From assembly GCF_964204645.1 (NCBI RefSeq), contig NC_134036.1, positions 9,899,859 through 9,963,858 on the forward strand: a stretch of DNA of 64,000 bases. The letters run 5' to 3'. The stretch's first letter is position 1. Each line of letters opens with the position of its first letter. The DNA is from Tubulanus polymorphus. Its lineage: Eukaryota; Animalia; Nemertea. The translations under genes and the position numbers were made by a program. Of the stretch, positions 1 to 13,532 are shown piece after piece. The notes beneath the pieces were generated by a model. The model ran no database searches, was not told the origin of the DNA, and saw only the letters and a program-made list of their open reading frames with translations.

Positions 1-575
1 CTCAAAGAATATCCATTACGGTGCAGATTCTAATAAAAAATGCAAAACCACTAGGAAGCTGCTGTCTCAGCATTCAGAGCAAAATTGACCTTTTTGGGCA
101 AATGACCACCACCACACATCCACTCGACTCAATTTGCCTTATGCTGATGGGCCTTGGGGGGATACAATTATCGCTGAAAGATTAAGACAAACGATGAATC
201 GATTTCAACATTTGCCTTGAAAACATCAAAAATGTTTAAAAAGTGCTGATTTCAGTGAACAAAATGGCCACCAGTTGGCCATCTTGTTTCTGACCGTGCC
301 AATTTTTTCGACTGAAGATGTACTTACGGTAGGCCTAGATGCATGTTGAATTTCAATTCCTAAACGATCAATTGAAACTTCTTCCAATTCTTAAATAGCT
401 GGAGTCCAACTATTGACCCGCATAGGCCTAAGCACAAACGAAAACTTTAAGTGAACGCAATAAACTCAAGTCCAAGTGGTCTAAAAACTACTGAAAAGTG
501 CGGATTTCGGCAAACAACAATGGCTGCCAGTCGCCCATCTTGAATATGATCGGGCCAGTTTTTAGGCTGCAGATG
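1..575 (-). mobile_element. Partial copy of the HINE/DINE-like dispersed repeat
   Basis: Shares blocks such as aagtgctgattt...caacaatggctgccagtcg.ccatcttgaat with the copies at 9590-9690, 58860-58950 and 59980-60060. Confidence 0.7.
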
Positions 576-659
576 GTGTCGGTTCAACTCCGGATTAGGT
601 CAATATAGTTATGTCATGGTGGGTTTTCTTTTATGAAGTGAGTGGTTCGGTTCCTGATT

Positions 660-1230
660 TTCGAACGATTCTGCTCCTCGACAATGTCTTCAATCTAATT
701 GTCGACCGATTCTACCTGTCGACCAATTCTACTGTCGACAATGTCTACAATCTGATTGTCGACCAATTCTAGCCTATCCGTCGACAGTGTCTACAATCTG
801 ACTGTCGTCCGATTCTACTCATCGACAATGTCAACAATCCTGATTGACTGTTAATCAAATGATTGCAGACAGTGTTGACGAGTAGAATTGGTCGACAAAT
901 TTTGGCTGATTCTACTCATCGACATTGTCTACAATCCTGATTCTTACCAATTCTTCTCGTCGACACTGTCTGCAATCCTGACTGTAAATCAATTTCTGTG
1001 TGTAAGGCTGTGTGTGTGTGTGTGTGTGGATTAACCTTATAGGGTCTATAAAGTGGCTGGGATCGAGGGTCACCTACCTCCATCAGTTGATTTTCACAAT
1101 CAGGGTTGTAAACATTGTCGACGAGTAGAATTGGTCGTCAATCAGGATTGTAGACATTTTCGTCGAGTACAATCAGTCACCAATCAGATTAATGAATAGA
1201 CAAGAACGATCAGCCGACAAACAGGATTTT
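660..1230. repeat. Degenerate ~43-bp GTCGAC-rich repeats in direct and inverted orientation around a (GT)n tract (foldback/MITE-like)
   Basis: gtcgacaatgtctacaatctgattgtcgaccaattctac recurs at 675-980; reverse-complement copies at ~875-900 and 1100-1190; (GT)n at ~1009-1028. Confidence 0.7.
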
Positions 1231-2136
1231 AGAACTAGGCCTAGGGCTAGGCCTATTTAAGATAGACTTGACTTCGACTGTAGGCCTATTTCGATGCTTA
1301 TGCCTACCCAGAAAATTAAGTGATAGGCCTATAGGTATCCCAAAAAGATCACTGCCAATCGAAAACAAATAGACTTTAGGTTACAATAATGGGATCCGAT
1401 ACGGCAAGCAACATTGCGGCTTACTTGATAGCCGGTACCCACTCTCTCACTCTCTTCTCTACTTTACTAGATAGAATTAGATTGAGGATAATCTCTTCTT
1501 CTTACCAAAAAAGGCCTCGGCGAATTCGGCCCTAAATGGGGAATAATTGCTTTCTCAAGGTACCACGGACCACCGGTTCGGATGAAAGACGTTTTTACAT
1601 TACATGAATAAGAAGAGACACTTCTAACCTACCTGCGATTAGGCCTACCAACGAAATTTAGCAAAATTCAGGGAGAACAGCTGCCGCCATTATCAACGGT
1701 TTGGTGATCAATTCAATTCAATTCACCGGCTCTGATTCGAGTTATCCGACTTCGTTCTTAGGTGCTACATTTTCTTCACACCGCTTTGTTGGAAAACGTA
1801 GATCGTTGTAGGGTAATTTAGACGCTGAAAACTTTTTAGAACTGCGTGAGTGACAGCTTAATTTTAGAACTATTTTCATAGCGCATGACGACCTACTAGA
1901 GTAGTGCGCCGCCAAGTTCGAGATTCGGCCGCTAGAGGCACCACCGCACGATGCGATGTATATATTTTCGGTATGAAACTCGATTACGCGAACTACCCTA
2001 AAACGAATCTGCCATCTATCTTAAGATGATTTAAGTCAAAATCTGGTGCGCGTTCTTTTGGCTGACGCGCTATAAAAATCTGGCGCACAACAAAGGTTTT
2101 AAATTGAAAAATAGCGCGTATCTCGGAAATATGAAA

Positions 2137-2458
<322 letters not shown>

Positions 2459-4398
2459 TGAAAACTATGCTTTTACGGGGTGATTCCCTTTGCACCTACT
2501 TAAGTGGTTCATTTTTGAAACCTACCAATGGGGCGTATATTGGTATATATATTACCATATTATACACACCCCACCAAACAAATTTGCATATATTTGCATA
2601 TTGCATATATACACCCCGCTAAGTCCATTCAATACCATTCATACACCGCAAGGAGGGCAGTTCACTCGTACATGTATTGGCATGTATTATACCCCACTGA
2701 ACTAATACACAACCCACGAGAAAAATAAGCTTTATATATACATTTTGTTATGTTTAATTGGCTGGGTGGCTGATATTTTCAAAAAATTGTTCATAAACAT
2801 GGGATCATATGTATATTTGATCGCGTTATCTTCACATTAATTTCCGATTACGATGTTCTTTAACAGATGCTTGTAGACAGGAAGCCTAGAGATATATAAA
2901 TGAGATTAGTTTCGAACGTCATCAATAACGCCTACAATTGACCTGAACGAAACCTTCTGGGTGCTACTTAAAACTTAATGAATTCTAAAGGTCAACCACG
3001 AGTCATTATAATTTCAAATTTGATGTCCAGACGTGCTTGGGCCCTACGGGAAGCAGAGAACAGTCATCGTTGACCTGTCAAACTTTCTAGGTACCGGTAC
3101 CTTCTAAGTCGAAGAAATATCATAGTCCATTCAAAAGTGCATTTCGAGAGGTTGACACCTGCCATCGCCGACACCAGAAGCCTCCTAATTGAGACATCCC
3201 TTTACAGGGTCACAATTTCTTCAAATGTCTCTCAATCTTAGCCTCATCAAAATTGAGTCAGTGTTCCATACAATGATTGGCTATTTCAGTTATCAATGAT
3301 TCAGTACCTGCTGGTTTTTTTGGAGCTGATGATTTAAGGTTTACCTTATAAATGTTTGGGAGGTTTATCTGTGGCCGATATAGGACGTGGAACCCGAGAC
3401 TTGATAGATAAATACGTATATTCACTTGTGGGGTGTATACAACTGATAATTTTAACATTTAACTATATCCTATGGGGTGAATTATTTATAGGCACAGGCC
3501 TTTGTACACAAGCATCCAGTCACTTAAGGGTGTTTAAAACGGTCATTGCATTTAGTTGTATCACTCTGACCTATATATACATGTTTGGGAGATTTATCTG
3601 TGGCCGAGATAGGACATGGAACCCGAGACTTGATAGATAGGTACGCATAGTCACTTGTGGGGTGTATACAACTGATAATTTTAACATTTAACTATATCGT
3701 ATGGGGTGAATTATCTATAGGCACAGGCCTTTGTACACAAGCATCCAGTCACTTAAGGGTGTTTAAAACGGTCATTGCATTTAGTTTTATCACTCTGACC
3801 TCTATATAGACGCTTCCACTCCTACATACCTTGAGGTTTGACCCCAGAACTATTCCAAATTGATTTTGTCAGCTGCATCGAAATTGATGGGTAGTTTACT
3901 GATTTTAACCCTCCAATAGTGTAAAGTGGATACAAAACGATGGTTTATTTGAACTGTAAGTTTCACTGGTCATATAAAGACCAAATAGATGTAAATATTC
4001 AAAATATTAAGAGAAATATACCATAGAAAATTGATGCCAGGTGAGAATTACTAGACTCGAGTAATTTGAAAATGTGTATGGTATGAGCTCAATTCTAGTA
4101 CACATCCTCCATGGAGTTTGGTCCTAGTGTATATTCTCTGTGAGTTCAACCCTAGAGCATACCTGGGGAGTTCGATCCTGTTGCACACTGGAGGTTCAAT
4201 CCTAATATGTATCCGTAAGTTCCTATTGGTTGATAAAAATGTTGGAGGGAATAGACACAGGTGGAGAGAGTGGACACAAATGGAGAGAATAGAAATGCTG
4301 AGATATACATGAAAATGAAATATATTTGTTAACAAACTTATTTCCATTCAGCCTACATCGCTTCTTTCAAAAAATCTTACAAATCGAATATCAGAGTC

Positions 4399-4592
4399 CT
4401 ACATCTTTTGCTTCCCGGATATGTAATTATGCACTCTCGAACGAATCTGCGCCAATGTACGTTGATTTTTAAGCTCCAAAACCAGTTTTTGGAGTTCGCT
4501 GCTTGGGGGCATTTTCTTTTCATCCACATAATGCCTTAACCTGGTGAAGAAAAGACGATTTTCTTCTTCTGACCACCTTCTCCTGACCACGC
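4399..4592 (-). CDS. Terminal exon of the element-1 YR gene, Myb/SANT-like domain
   Basis: tttag acceptor; RRRWSEEENRLF...KKMPPSSELQK...RTLAQIRSRVHN then stop; homologous to the exon at 54960-55174. Confidence 0.8.
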
Positions 4593-4687
4593 CTAAAATA
4601 TAGATTTGTGGAATGATAAAAAGTGTTCATACACATTTTTTTTCATATCGTTTATTGACTTAGTAAGAGTGTGGAGTGTGGTCGTAC

Positions 4688-7145
4688 CAATTTTAGATGA
4701 CAGCTTCTCTTTAGGTGGACCACTCGCTTTTGCTGGAGAAACGCTTGAATCTGAAAATGTGCAAAGAAACGTTTTATTACATACTATACGGGAACAACCG
4801 ATCCGATAGAGAGTTTTACAATTTGATAACCACAAGTATTTGAAGATATTAATTTCAATTTTAACATACCAGCTTCCACTAAGTTGGGTTCGTCAAATTC
4901 TGGCATAGCAGTTTTTGAACCTGAAAATGAATAAAATTTATACAACAATCAGTTAACTCAATAATAACCGTCGTCATCATGGATCTAATACAATGCAAAA
5001 AGCAGCTCAGCGGTTTGCAGTGTATTACACAAGTTGCGATGGCACAAGCGTTTTGGCCCAAGCTAAATTTCAGCACGGAACAGATAATTGCAACTTGTTC
5101 CGGAAACAACTCACTTCGCTTTATTTGAGCATTGTGTAGTATCGATCAAGTGGTTTGCGTGTGAGTGTGCTATCTAATTATGCACAGGACAAATATGACT
5201 AGGGGCGGATCCGTGACAATTTGGCCCAGGTCAAGTCGCCTCCCTGTAATAGCGGCTTTAGCCATAATTTCTGTATATTCAAAAAACTCTTCCGCGGGGT
5301 ATTCCGGAAGTATTATATGAGTTGGTAAATCTAGTCATTATTTTGCAACGGTTGTTTTAAACATATTTCCTATACCGAAATTAGGGGTTTAAAGGACTGA
5401 ATACAATATACAATTGTTTACAACAGTTAATGTCCAAGATCTTTAAGTGGCTTATTGATAAACTAGGGGTCCAGGGACACTATGCCCACTTGGGGGGTGG
5501 TTTCAAATGCTTAACAATCTAACAATTTCAATATTCAACACCCCCTGGTATCCATCGAACAAACGAACGAATGGATGGATGGACGAAAAGTGAATGCAAT
5601 AGCCCGCTGGGACTTAAGTCCCAAGTGGGCTAAAAAATCATATCTATAGGATCTACTAATGCTTGCGGGAGAATTATCACTAAATGGCCATAATACAGGT
5701 ATGTCATTTTAAAATACTGCAACAAAATTGCCAGCTTTTCATTAGAACTTTCTTCGGCCTGATATTTTCTACCTCCCTGATGAATGATAATATACATGGC
5801 ATATTTTATAGCCTTACTTTTTACTAATGGGGTCAATCATATTTAAGTGACATATACCGATTGACCAAATATCCTAGTAAATTACCAACTGTTAACAACT
5901 GATGATATCTAAGATTTATCCACACTTGTGGGGTGACTATTTATAGGTGGCTTAAATATATAAGAATAGTCACTTGTAGGTCTCATAGCATTCACAGGAT
6001 TAACCTACATGTGGGAAAGAAATATCTATTATGGCCTTTATAGCCAGACTCGATATCGGCCACAATTGTAAGTTATTAACAACTACTATTGTTTAGTATT
6101 TGGAGAGAGCATACCAATTTCAGACGACTGTTTTGAACGCTTGAATCGCTGAATGCTTGAATCTGAAAATGTACAAAGAAATGTTTTAAAACGTACTGGG
6201 AAACATATAATCAATCCGCTACACAGTCGTACAATTTGTTTGTCCACAAGTTTTTTTAACATACCAGCTTCCACGAAGTTTGGCTCTACCAATTCGGAAG
6301 TAGCAGCGTTTGAACCTGAAAATAATTATGTAAATTGACACATCAATCAGAGTTAAATTATAATTGTCAATTGATGAAAATAACAATAGTAATAATGACA
6401 ATGGTGGTTTGCAGCTAGTGCTTAGCATGGTGCACAATTTCTGCATATTCTGGGAAATCCCTAAGGGAAGTAATACTTAGGCAACTGAACCTAGTCATTT
6501 TAGGCTAGGGTTTTTTAACATATTTTCTATGCCAAGATAAGGGATTTAAAGTAAGAATGTATACAATGACCTATAAGTGACATGCACATTGTTTACAACA
6601 GCTAATGTCCAAGATTTACTTTCACTTTGCGGTGTGAACTATCTAAAGGTGGTTTAATGATTTTTAAAAACTCATATTTAGGGCCTATAGGGTTAACTTA
6701 TACTTGTGGAATGAATTTTTCATAAATAACTTTTACTTGGTAATTGATAATATTTGAGATTTACCTAGACTTGCGGGGTGAATTAATCATAATTGGTCTA
6801 TGTTGATAGGTCAATTATCTTCGAGATTTATGGGTTGTTTAAACTGATAATGCTAATTTATCTATAGTTGTAGGGTCAATTATCTGGCAATGAAGGTATT
6901 GCCCAAGAAAATTATGAGCAACATTGGGCATTGAACCATTCTAATCGAAGAAAACACTTGCAACCTTCCTCCTAGAACATAAGTCTCCATTATAAACAAT
7001 TATATCATAGAAAAATAAATCATGTACTCACAACCTGGAAGTGGATTGCTGTGCATGGTTTTTGCCAATTTGGCAGAAGGTTCACCATCCGACGAGTCAT
7101 CTGGTGCCGACCAACGATCACTGTATTGCAGAGGCATGGGAAGAG
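4688..7145 (-). CDS. Five small phase-1 linker exons of the YR gene (7145-7032, 6315-6265, 6162-6115, 4920-4870, 4750-4688)
   Basis: Each has AG/GT borders, a length divisible by 3 and an open frame; the last four form a duplicated two-exon module. Confidence 0.6.
5460..5637 (-). mobile_element. Internally deleted HINE/DINE-like element (both ends only)
   Basis: aactaggggtccagggacactatgcccacttggg at one end; (GGAT/GGAC)n plus cccgctgggacttaagtcccaagtgggctaaaaa at the other. Confidence 0.8.
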
Positions 7146-7237
7146 CTAAAAAGTCGCAAAAGTAAAAATGTATAGTATGTATGGTATGATCCATATTATG
7201 GTTAACATTCTTTAACAGTTTCGACATTGCCACTTAC

Positions 7238-10200
7238 AATCGATTTGGATCTCATCTAACGTTTTCCCTCTGAAGGACTTCAGTTGCCCATTTTCAATCG
7301 CGATCAGCAGACGGGCAACTTTGGACTTCTCTATAATCGAGCTCTGTAGCCTGTAATGGTTGATGTGAATATTGGCATCATGACCCATGTGGTCACAAAG
7401 CATCTTAAGCTCTTCGGATTTCATGTCGAGAATCTGAAAAAATTAGTTATCTGAATGTAAATATTAGTTTCATTCATGAAATATAAAGTTGTCAATGAAA
7501 GTCGTACTTGCGAAGTAGTTGCCAAATAACGCCTCAGAGCTGAACTTCTGATGGAGGTAGCATTTTGCAAGTTTGGACACAAACTTGTGATGACTCGAAA
7601 CGCTTCACATCCGTCCAACGGGGTTCTACTAAGTGGGCTCTGTCTGAAATATACAAAATTGATAGTCAGATAGTTTTTCAGTTGCAGAAATTTTGGAAAA
7701 TTGCCATTTTTGCAAATCCATTGTAGCATTTAAAAATCTTCCCAAAATAACTTGATTCTATCTAAAACGGACGCTGGAACCTAAGGCGAAAGCTGATAAG
7801 TGAGCTGAAAGTGATGTCTAAACAGAATTGAGCATAAGATTGATACACAGATGAGACATTTCATGAAAAATTTACCGCGCGAATAAATATGGATTCAACT
7901 TATTCTGATTAGTTTGAGTCAGGTACGTTATGGCATCGATCATATCATTCGTCATCAGAATGAACACCTTCCTCAGGCCTCTCGTGCTCTTCCCTCTAAC
8001 CTCGAAAAGCGACATCCTGAAAAATAATGAATATCAAAATTACTTGGTTTTCTCATTATATGTAGTGGACTTTTTTTTAACCAAATTCCAAGAATGAAAC
8101 TGAATTTGAAAAACTTCTGTTAAGTATGTAAACCTTGTTAACAAGAGGACCGTAAGGTCCATATGGTCGAAGACAGTGTTTAAAATTGACTAAATAGTAG
8201 TGATTGGATGCATGAGAAGATGTCATCAGTGACAACAAATTCATGTTTCCAGGGTTTTTCTATGAGGCTGTTTTTTTTACCGCTTAACATTTTCCCCCAG
8301 GCAAAAGTGGTCCTATTTTCCCCAAATCCTGAAAAATTCATAGAGGAATTGTGAAAATAAATTATTTGCTTTTATAATTATAGTGTTTTTATATTAGTTT
8401 ATTTGAATGTAATGATCTGTTTGAATAACAAAATGCGTGGCTGACGATGTAGTGTCATAGTAATAGCGCAGAGGCCATATCTACCTCCCCTACTAAGTAT
8501 AATCCCCCAGACAATCTTTCCTACCCTATATTCCATAATCACTAATTTTACTAGCGACGATCCCTATATGGTCTTCGACTATAAACTAGGGGTCCAGGGA
8601 CACCATGCCCGCTTGGGACGTGGTTCCAATTGCTCGACAATCTAATAATTTCAATATTCAACGCCCCCTGGTGACCATATACAAAAACCAATGAACTTGA
8701 AACTCACCACAATCATAGAAGATGTCAGCAGCTACGATTTTGTAATTCATTGTGATAACAAAATATGCCTCGTTACCAATTTAATATGGAAATACTAAGT
8801 TATTCTACTATTTAACGCCCCCTGGTGACTATATTCAAAACCCAATGACCTCAAAACTTACCACAATCATAGAACATGTCATGAACTACAACTTTGCAAT
8901 CGATCATGGTAACAAAATATGCATAGGTACCAATATAATAAGGAAATATTAAGTTATTCTACTATTCAACGCCCCCTGGTGACCATATAGAATAACTTTT
9001 GTCCTTAAAACTCGAAACAATCATAGATGATGTCATGAGCTACAACTTTCCAATTGACTGTGGTTACAAAATATGCATAGGTACTAATATAATATAGAAA
9101 TGCTAAGATATTGCATTATTCAACGCCCCATGGTGGCCATATACAAAATCCAATTACCTTGAAACTCACCACAATCATAGAACATTTTATGAGCTACAAC
9201 TTTCTAAATGATTGTGGTAACAAAATACGCTTAGGTATCAATTTAATGTGGAAAAACTTTTTCCCACTTACGAATGAGTACTGGTGACACCAAGATGGCC
9301 ACCAATTGCGTCATAATTGGCTGATGAAAAATACCTGTCTCAGGTATAAAACATCCCTTTCTAAACAATACCCATCACAAATTGCAATGAGAAATGGTAA
9401 ACCAGTAGGAACTCAGAATTCGGGCCAACATTAACATTTTTGGGTACTAAAAAGGTCATAGGACGGCCATCTTGAGTCCAATTGACCCAATTGTTGTTAT
9501 GCTGATGAACCCTGGGGAGATTCACATATATCCGAAAGATCAAGGTAATTGATCAAAGCGTCTTCGAAATTTCCCTCAAAAGTTCAAAAATGTGTAAAAA
9601 GTGCTGATTTTGGCGAACAACAATGGCTGCCAGTCGGCCATCTTGAATCTGACAGGGCCAGTTTTTGGGCTGAAGATGTGTCTAGGGTAGATACATGTGT
9701 AACCCAAATATCAAGACATTACCTTGAAGCGTCTGCAAAACTTCCCAAATTAACTGGATTCCGTGTACGGACGGACGACGGACGAAAAGTGAACGCAATA
9801 GCCCGCAGGGACTAAAGTCTCAAGTGGGCTAAAAAGAGGACTATCGCATACCTTTTAACGAGTGTTTGTTCAATGACATCCAAAGAGTTAGTGATTTCAG
9901 TATTTTCAGTCTGTTGGCATTCAACGAACTCGTGACATTTGATTTCGGCAACTTCAGAAACGCGTCTTTTATTAAACATCACGATTCTCACCAAGATCAG
10001 CTGAGCCATGAAAGTCCACTCTTTTCTGTCTGGATTAGGATTTTTCTGTCCTTCTTGTATTTCATCAACGCTCCAATTCTTTAAGGTCACAAGGTCATCC
10101 GTAAGTGGCGTGATAGATTTCGTGTTGATCTTTCGAAGACGTTTCCTCCTATTAGCAACACACGACACCATATTGTTCCAATGGGCACGGTATAAATATT

Positions 10201-10855
10201 CAAAGTCTTTTCCTTCATTTTGAATGTCAACGGAGTTAATCTTGATGCCGTAGCTAATTTTAAGAATTATGGAATGCTTAATGTAGCTTCCTAATTGGAC
10301 AGCCAGTTGTGGGGAGTCACTTTCTTCTGAAAGCGATTTAACACCTTTGACCACAGCATCGAACTCCTTTCCTGTTATATAATAGTTTAAATCATTTTTT
10401 GTTCCGGCTTGTTCATTCAATTTGATCAATAAACGGCCAATCAGACGAACTTTTGATCTGACGTTTGCGAAATCTTTTAATCTTTGCTCTTCGGAAGTTC
10501 CCAGTCTGCCTAACATGGAGAGTGCGAATTCCCGTATCAAGATATCATTCCTGACAGCTTTTGCGATGCCAGGGTTGGCAGCAGTTTCCTTCAAATTAAA
10601 GACATCGTTTACTGCAGCGATCTGCTCGTCATCCTCACTCAGGAACGGCATAACCATAAGGCGGCCGCATCTCACATAGTCCGCAGATGGCTCCTTTGAC
10701 GAAGGTTTGAGAAGACATGCCTTCATATGTTTCCATAGTGAGTTTTTTAGAAAGAGACCTTTGCCGTACTCACAAAAGATGAAGTTAGAAGGGCTCTCTA
10801 CGGACGTTGGTCTCCGATTCACTACAAGCTCACCACCATCACCACTACTTATCAC
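7238..10855 (-). CDS. Tyrosine recombinase core exons of element 1 (10855-9852, 8016-7876, 7643-7508, 7433-7238)
   Basis: The exons splice in phase and give MFNKRRVSEV (Arg I), VRGKSTR (Lys), SSALRRYLATTSQ (HxxR-equivalent) and HMGHDANIHINHYRL (His and catalytic Tyr). Confidence 0.88.
8583..9836 (-). mobile_element. Full-length Helentron-associated non-autonomous element (HINE/DINE-1-like) in a YR intron
   Basis: Minus strand: TTTTAGCCC start with hairpin, (GTCC)n microsatellite, central ~152-bp tandem repeats, subterminal inverted repeat cccacttggg/cccaagcggg, short 3' stem-loop, CTAG-TTT end. Confidence 0.8.
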
Positions 10856-11865
10856 CTGTAAGGGTGGTACAAAAAATTTACTACAATATTTGATTTGAAT
10901 GCGGAATAAAATTGAATGGGGTACGGGGACTCACTAGATGGCGCCAAGATCCACTCGATCGTTAGTTATGAAAATCAGTTCATGTTTAATGAAATTTGAA
11001 TTTTATTTTGGGCATCCAAATCCGAAAATTATCAAACAAGTATAAGGAAATAGATTTCACTAATAATTGATTTACTCAGGGAGAAAAGTTGAAGGGAATT
11101 TAATTGCAATGCATAAGAAATTGAAGCGCAGTAACCCAGTGCTACTTAACAAACTGACAGAATTCTCACTTGCCACAGTCGAGTTGCCGGTACCACATTT
11201 GATTTGATGTTTACTTGCATAACAAAATTTGATTGAATTTGGCATACAATCACATTGCTAACTAGCATATCAACGTCATCCATCCCTAGCAGTGAATTAA
11301 GAAAGATATTTTCCCGACCATTGCACAATTACCATGGACAAATTTTGCGCAGTACAAATTTACATGGTGCAAAACAAATTTGCTCCCAAAAATCAAATCA
11401 ATTTCCTAAAAATCAAATTTGAAATAAAATTCTTGGTTGTAAAATGAAAGCTGGAAGTAAAACAGTAGACGATACTGCGATACCGCGCGTTCGCGTGAAC
11501 ACCTCATATTTTCAAGAAAAAACCCTGTACGTTTTGACGGGTTCGTTTGCAAAATTTGGCCTCCTAGGATTTGGAAAGTGGATAATGCAGTAAAACATGA
11601 CTAATGAACCATCGTATTTAATTTGCTCCATTAGTATAGCAGTATGTAAAAACCTATGGCTACCCCAAAAATTACAAAAATAATAGATTTTGTGGAAGTT
11701 ATTTTGAATTAGACTATTCTGATTTGCGCTGGGTATGCCTGTATACATTTAACATTTATCAAAGAGATCTAATTAGCAAATCACATTTTTGGTAAGGGTG
11801 GTTGGGAATATATGCAAGGTGCAGAACTAGTTTTGATTTACAAACTGTCAAAGTCATTAGTATAC

Positions 11866-12096
11866 CTTAATATTATGATGGAAATTGCCCAGATTCTCGA
11901 GTTCGTACAGGCGTTTTTTTCTTCTCTGCTGATCCATTAGGTAATGACATGATTTCTTTCACTTTCTCTTCATTGTAATGGATATTACAATAATGGGGTG
12001 CAATTTTAGAAGTGAACGTATTTTTGCAATAATAGCAATGATTAACCTTTCTGTAATCCCTTTTTCCATCATTTTTTTTATAGACCGGAATGGTAA
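11866..12096 (-). CDS. Zinc-finger exon of the element-1 gene, with a 1-nt frameshift
   Basis: HCYYCKNTFTSKIAPHYCNIH aligns with YCVFCKKGIKSKISRHLLAAH of the element-2 protein. After an A7 run the +1 frame reads RLYELENLGNFHHNIK up to a GT donor. Confidence 0.8.
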
Positions 12097-12320
12097 CTGA
12101 AAATATTTCATGAGTAGAATGGACATAATATGAATTTGAAATGTACAACGAAGTGGAATATTTAGTGCCAGAGCAAGTGATTATTACAAATGTGAAATAA
12201 AAGCATTGTTAACACGTTGTCATCTGGTTATTTGGTAGCAAAGGCTTTAATGATGTAGGCTGTACTTAAGGCTCAAAGCCTGTTTAATTTATTGTATTCA
12301 ATTTATCAAAACATGCCTAC

Positions 12321-12710
<390 letters not shown>

Positions 12711-13469
12711 CTGAAAGATCAAATATTTCTAAAGGTTCTCGATCATGGTTGATGTACATAGGTCAAAAATAATAGAGCTCATCCTCCTTTCATCCACTAT
12801 CTACAAGAACGTAAGTCCATAACTAAAGACTGAAGAAAAAGGTACAGAATATCAATTTCAAGCACAAATATGGCTGTGGCCGCCACCTTGGATTAACTAG
12901 ATCATTCAAAAGTAGACATAAGCCGCGAACACACAAGTGTTCTTGGCCTGTGCCAAATTTGACCCAGAACAATTGTTCACATAAGTGCCAATTGGGCCTG
13001 TGCCTGTTTTGCACGAGCAAAAACGTCGGACCAGACTCGAGCCAAATCATTGCATAGAAATCACTACAAGTTCCGGAAGTAACTCATTTCACTTTCTTTA
13101 AGCATAGTTTAGTGAGGAGTGAGTGGTTTACGTTTGATCGCACTCCCTAATAAGGCATGGGCCTGTTCCGTACCAATTTAGCCCAGGCCAAATCATGTCG
13201 GAATGATCAAGGTCCACTCTTATTCCCACAAACATGGCTATTACACCATCTTAGATTACCGACATACTTCAAAAACGATACTATACATCCTCCTCCCATC
13301 CATAATCCACCTACCAAGTAATGAGAAAATTGAACAAAATCTGTACAGCCGGAATAAACTCTTACTCGGGGCCCTCTAGCCAAGGGTGAAAAGTTGATGG
13401 TATTCAAATTTACACTTCAAGTTAAACTTATATTTTAATGGACAAGGTTGCACGATGGGAAATACATAC

Positions 13470-13532
13470 CAGATTGTTCATGTCCTTTAAGAAACCTCTT
13501 AAATGAAGGAAGATGATACGGGTGACAAGACT
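13470..13532 (-). CDS. Possible small phase-1 exon (SCHPYHLPSFKRFLKGHEQS)
   Basis: tttttcag acceptor, gtatg donor, 63 nt, open frame; no homology support. Confidence 0.4.

Noticed and set aside
2880-3330. Coding-looking stretch near the left end of element 1
   Set aside because: Multiple stops and no recognisable motif; I cannot support a gene call.
7238-10855. Prophage integrase or DIRS retrotransposon
   Set aside because: The gene has spliceosomal introns; no phage genes, reverse transcriptase, RNase H or LTR/ICR structure was seen.
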